Of a stretch of DNA of 64,000 nt, positions 60,411-64,000 are shown piece after piece; position 1 is the stretch's first letter; each line of letters starts with the position of its first letter. Made by a program: the position numbers and the translations under genes. The DNA lies in assembly GCA_963708175.1 (NCBI GenBank), contig CAVPSD010000018.1, positions 7,935-71,934 of the forward strand, read 5' to 3'. The notes beneath the pieces were generated by a model. That model made no database searches. It was given only the letters and a program-made list of their open reading frames with translations, and was not told where the DNA came from. Source of the stretch: an uncultured Acidimicrobiales bacterium. GTDB lineage: Bacteria > Actinomycetota > Acidimicrobiia > Acidimicrobiales > DATKAS01.

Positions 60411-61505
60411 TCAGGGAGACGCTTGGGCCGGCACCGCGTCCACCTCGGGATCGTCGGTACCGACGGCATCAGCCAACGCCATCACGAACACCGCGATCGC
60501 CGTTCCGAAGAGCGCGCCGCCAATGCCGTACACGTCGAAGCCGAGGAGGAACACCACGGTGATCAACGCCGGGCCGACGTAGATCACCCTCCCCTTGAGG
60601 CGTCGCTGGAGCAGGATCTGGGCGATCTGCAGGGCCAGGAAGACGACGAGCAGCACCGCTGCGGCAGTGAACGAGCGGAACCCCGCCGCCAGCAACAGTG
60701 CGGGGATCGAACCGAGGACGATGCCGAGGTAGGGCATCAGGCTCGTGACGCCGATGATCAGACCGAGGGGCGCGGGAGCAGCGACGTCGGCCAGCCGTAG
60801 CACGAGCCAGGTGACCAGGCCCACGACGAAGCCCTGCCCGAGCGCGATCAGCAGGTAGGTCCGCCCGTTGCGAATCGTTGCCACGCCGATCTCGTCGAGT
60901 CGGTTCCGACGCTCCTCGTCGGGGACCTGCGCGAGCGCACCTTCTCCCATCCGCGGCCCCCAAGAGAGCAGGAAGAGCATCAGGATCCCGCCGACCATGT
61001 AGGTCGCGACCCGTCGCGCGGCCTTCTGCGCTTGCTGGGTCGTGTTCTGGCTGAGGCTGTTCACCGCTTCGGTCACGCGCTCTTCGAGCCGAAACTCGCG
61101 CGCTGCCTTCCCGAATCGCTCGGACTGCTCGATCTCGGCGGCCGCGTTCGGTGCGGCTTCCTGCAGGCGATCGATCTGGCGGTTGATGTCGCCGAGCACT
61201 CCCCACGCGACAAGCCCCAGCAGGCCGATGAGCAGCACGACGGCAACACCGATCGCGATGACGCGACGCATCCACCGCTGGAGCAGCTCGACGAGAGGCG
61301 TCAGGAGGATCGCGCTGATCCCGGCCGCGACGAACAGGGCGAGCGTGTGACGGGCGTCGGAGAGGACGTCGCGGACGGCGAACGTGACCACGACGACGAG
61401 GAGCAACAGGACCACGCTCGAGAACGCGATTGCGACGCGCAGCGAGCGAGAGAGCTCTCGGACACGCGACGGCTGACTGCCTTGATCCCCGATCGGGGCC
61501 GTCAT
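60411..61505 (-). CDS. AI-2E family transporter
   Basis: Polytopic; LLTPLV, MPYLG, GGALFGTAIA. Confidence 0.82.
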   Translation of the reverse strand: MTAPIGDQGSQPSRVRELSRSLRVAIAFSSVVLLLLVVVVTFAVRDVLSDARHTLALFVAAGISAILLTPLVELLQRWMRRVIAIGVAVVLLIGLLGLVAWGVLGDINRQIDRLQEAAPNAAAEIEQSERFGKAAREFRLEERVTEAVNSLSQNTTQQAQKAARRVATYMVGGILMLFLLSWGPRMGEGALAQVPDEERRNRLDEIGVATIRNGRTYLLIALGQGFVVGLVTWLVLRLADVAAPAPLGLIIGVTSLMPYLGIVLGSIPALLLAAGFRSFTAAAVLLVVFLALQIAQILLQRRLKGRVIYVGPALITVVFLLGFDVYGIGGALFGTAIAVFVMALADAVGTDDPEVDAVPAQASP

Positions 61506-61525
61506 GGCCTCGTACAGTACCGAGG
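61506..61525. promoter_or_regulatory. Bidirectional leaderless promoter with overlapping -10 boxes
   Basis: TACAGT (+, 61513-61518) 7 nt before GTG 61526; TACTGT (-, 61514-61519) 8 nt before ATG 61505. Confidence 0.65.
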
Positions 61526-62689
61526 GTGGCTGCCGAGGTCGGCGAACCCTCTGCCCCGGACCCGGCGGATGCGGACACGGCGGAAGCAGACGCTCCCGAG
61601 ACACCAGTCGCACCGCCATTGCCCGAGTCCGTCGAGCGTGCCCGCGCGCGGGTCACCCTCGAGCTCGATTGGGTCTCCCTCCTCGCCGTAGGCGGCGCGC
61701 TCCTCGCAGTCCTGCTCGTTGTGGGCTTCGTGAGCAGCGGCGCGGACGCGTTGCTGCGCATCGCGACAGGGATCGTGCTGGCGCTTGCTCTCGATCCGGT
61801 CGTGGGCATGGTGCGGCGGCGCGTCGGCTGCCGGCGAACGGTGGCGGTGGTGATCGTCGGCCTCGGGTTGCTCGTCGCGTTCACGCTCCTCCTCCTCGTG
61901 ATGGGACCCGCCGCGGTGCGTCAGGCGCAGAAGTTCGGTGACGAGCTTCCCGAGACGGTCGAGGGCATGTACGACTTCCCGGTCGTCGGTCCGCGCCTCG
62001 AACGCGCCGACGCGGCCGGTCGCGTCGAGCAATGGGCCGAAGAGCTGCCCGCGCACATCGACACCGACACGATCACGAACCTGACCACTGCCCTCGTCAG
62101 CGGGGCCGCGACCCTCTTCACGGTCGCGGTGGTCGCGTTCGCCGTGCTGCTCGACGGCGAGTTCCTCGTCGCCCGGGTGAGACGGCTGGTGCCGGCGCGC
62201 CACCGACCGCGCGCGGACTGGATCGGGCGCACGTTCTACAAGGTGTTGGCGAAGTACTTCGCGGGCTCGCTGCTTGTCGCGGTCCTCGCCGGCGTCTACA
62301 TCCTCGCCCTCGGGCTCATCCTCGGTGTCCCGCTCGCGCCTCTCGCCGCGGTGTGGATGATGGTCACCGACTTGATCCCCCAGGTCGGCGGGTTCCTCGG
62401 CGGCGCGGTCTTCGTGCTGCTCGGCCTCACTGCGAGTCCGCTCACGGGCTTGATCTGCCTGGTGCTGTACGTGATCTACATGAACTTCGAGAACCACATC
62501 TTGCAGCCGGCGATCGTCGGCGACGCGGTCAACCTCTCACCGCCCACGACGATGCTCGCCGCACTCGTCGGCGCCGCCGCGCTCGGGGTGCCGGGTGCCA
62601 TCATCGGCACGCCGATCGTGGGCACTGCCAAGGGCCTCTACATGGAGTTCCGCTACGGGAAGGTCAACCCGGCCGACCCCGACGCTTGA
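61526..62689 (+). CDS. AI-2E family transporter
   Basis: ALDPVV, IPQVG, ENHILQP.IVG..VNLSP, GVPGAIIGTP. Confidence 0.88.
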   Translation: MAAEVGEPSAPDPADADTAEADAPETPVAPPLPESVERARARVTLELDWVSLLAVGGALLAVLLVVGFVSSGADALLRIATGIVLALALDPVVGMVRRRVGCRRTVAVVIVGLGLLVAFTLLLLVMGPAAVRQAQKFGDELPETVEGMYDFPVVGPRLERADAAGRVEQWAEELPAHIDTDTITNLTTALVSGAATLFTVAVVAFAVLLDGEFLVARVRRLVPARHRPRADWIGRTFYKVLAKYFAGSLLVAVLAGVYILALGLILGVPLAPLAAVWMMVTDLIPQVGGFLGGAVFVLLGLTASPLTGLICLVLYVIYMNFENHILQPAIVGDAVNLSPPTTMLAALVGAAALGVPGAIIGTPIVGTAKGLYMEFRYGKVNPADPDA

Positions 62690-62972
62690 GCCCGTGACCG
62701 AAGAAGCCGCCCTGCGGGCGGGCGTGGGCGTGGTAGTGGTCCGGGATGTTGCGCATGTGATCGTCGACGTAGTGCTCGAACTCGAAGTGCTCCACGACCA
62801 CCTCGGCGAGCCGCTCGTGGAGCAGGGCCTTCACGTCGGATGACGGCGCGGCGTCGTGCTCGCGCCACACCACCATCGGCACCGCGCAGATCTCACACTC
62901 TGCGATCCAGCAGAGGTCGTCCTCGTAGAACCACTCGGTGATCTTCGCTGCTTCACACAGCTCGCACGCCAT
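62664..62972 (-). CDS. Small HIT-like zinc-binding protein
   Basis: CELC, CEIC, HYHAH. Confidence 0.7.
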   Translation of the reverse strand: MACELCEAAKITEWFYEDDLCWIAECEICAVPMVVWREHDAAPSSDVKALLHERLAEVVVEHFEFEHYVDDHMRNIPDHYHAHARPQGGFFGHGLKRRGRPG

Positions 62973-63002
62973 CTGCATCACGCTACGCGGATCGGTGACC
63001 GA

Positions 63003-63785
63003 TCAGTGGCCGTCGATCTCGGCTCGGACGCCGGCGACGAACTCTCCCGCGTCGTCCGGCCCACCGCCTTCGAGCAGGATCCGCAGGATCGCTGAGGCCA
63101 TCACGACGCCGTCCGCTTCGGTGCATGCTTGCGCCGCCTGCTCTGCGGTCGAGATGCCGATGCCGGCGATCACCGGCAGGTCCGTCACCGCTTTCAGCCG
63201 CTTCGCCATCACGGTTGTGGAGGCGGCGAGGTGCGCTCGCTCGCCGGTGACCCCGACCAGCCCGACCGCGTACACGAACCCTCGGCATCGGACACAGATG
63301 CGGGGCAGCCGCTCGTCCGGCGCGGTTGGCGCCGCGAGCAACACGGTCGCGACCCGGGCCTCGTCCGCCGCCGCGCACCACGGCCCCGCTTCCTCGAGCG
63401 GAAGGTCGGGGAGGATGCAGCCGCCGACGCCGCTGTCCGCCAGGCTCTGCGCGAACCGCTCGTGCCCAGCGTGGAACGCGATGTTGTAATACGTCATCGC
63501 GACGAGCGGCACGGCGACATCGAGATCCGCGAGCTCGCGCAGGATCCCCATCGGTGTGGCGCCGGCGCGAAGTGCCCGCTCTGACGCCTCCTGGATCGTC
63601 GGGCCGTCCATCACGGGGTCCGAAAACGGGACGCCGATCTCGATCGCGTCGGCGCCCGCGGCCGCGTAGGCGCGCACGACGTCGAGCCAGTCGTCGCCGA
63701 GCCCGCCGGTCATGTACGGCACGAGCAGCTTGCGCCCGGCGTCGCGAGCTGCCCGCAACGTCGGCTCGAGAGGAGGTCGGTTCAC
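63003..63785 (-). CDS. trpA: Tryptophan synthase alpha chain
   Basis: IEIGVPFSDPVMDGPTIQ, MTYYN, PDLP, GVTG, GIGIS, ADGVV. Confidence 0.97.
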   Translation of the reverse strand: MNRPPLEPTLRAARDAGRKLLVPYMTGGLGDDWLDVVRAYAAAGADAIEIGVPFSDPVMDGPTIQEASERALRAGATPMGILRELADLDVAVPLVAMTYYNIAFHAGHERFAQSLADSGVGGCILPDLPLEEAGPWCAAADEARVATVLLAAPTAPDERLPRICVRCRGFVYAVGLVGVTGERAHLAASTTVMAKRLKAVTDLPVIAGIGISTAEQAAQACTEADGVVMASAILRILLEGGGPDDAGEFVAGVRAEIDGH

Positions 63786-63792
63786 GCGCCGG

Positions 63793-64000
63793 TCACCCCA
63801 GCAGCTCCATCATCTGGGCGACGTCCTTGTCCCCGCGTCCGGACAGGTTCACGAGCACGGTGGCGCCCTGCATGCTCGACGCGGTCCGCAGCACCCACGC
63901 AATCGCGTGCGCGGGCTCGAGGGCCGGGATGATGCCCTCGGTGTGCGACAGGACTTGGAATGCCTCGATGACCTCTGCGTCGGTAGCCGGTTCGTACCGC
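63793..64000 (-). CDS. trpB: Tryptophan synthase beta chain, C-terminal part (runs off window end)
   Basis: Manual translation [14 protein letters not shown]...[11 protein letters not shown]. Confidence 0.95.
   Translation of the reverse strand, partial: RYEPATDAEVIEAFQVLSHTEGIIPALEPAHAIAWVLRTASSMQGATVLVNLSGRGDKDVAQMMELLG

Overview
High-GC bacterial chromosomal segment, most consistent with Actinomycetota, probably Acidimicrobiia. This is an inference from gene order, ANTAR PdtaR, DUF3068, the actinobacterial-type LexA box and many leaderless promoters. The housekeeping backbone is pgk-gap-rapZ-uvrC, nadA, uvrA, uvrB, coaE, rpsA, polA, pdtaR, malQ, tRNA-Leu(CAA), fabD-fabH-fabG-acpP-fabF/fabZ, bcp and trpA/trpB. 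It is interleaved with (i) a CDP/GDP-sugar surface-glycan cluster (6.4-17.3 kb), (ii) three polytopic GT-C-like membrane proteins, and (iii) a NarL-type two-component system followed by FOUR tandem Flp pilin genes (one missed by the ORF track) facing a Tad operon whose TadB carries an N-terminal VWA domain. The most notable signal is regulatory. A FliA/WhiG(sigma28)-like promoter motif, (C/T)TCA-N15-17-(G/A)CCGA(T/C), recurs upstream of both the glycan genes and the pilus genes. Paired 18-bp NarL-type palindromes sit upstream of the pilin array and of the Tad operon. All four pilins end in Ser. Together these suggest a co-regulated, glycosylated multi-pilin Tad system (hypothesis). About ten frameshifts are each repaired by removing inserted single bases, including in fabD and fabF, and are most likely long-read errors. 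No CRISPR, rRNA, integrase or transposase was seen.
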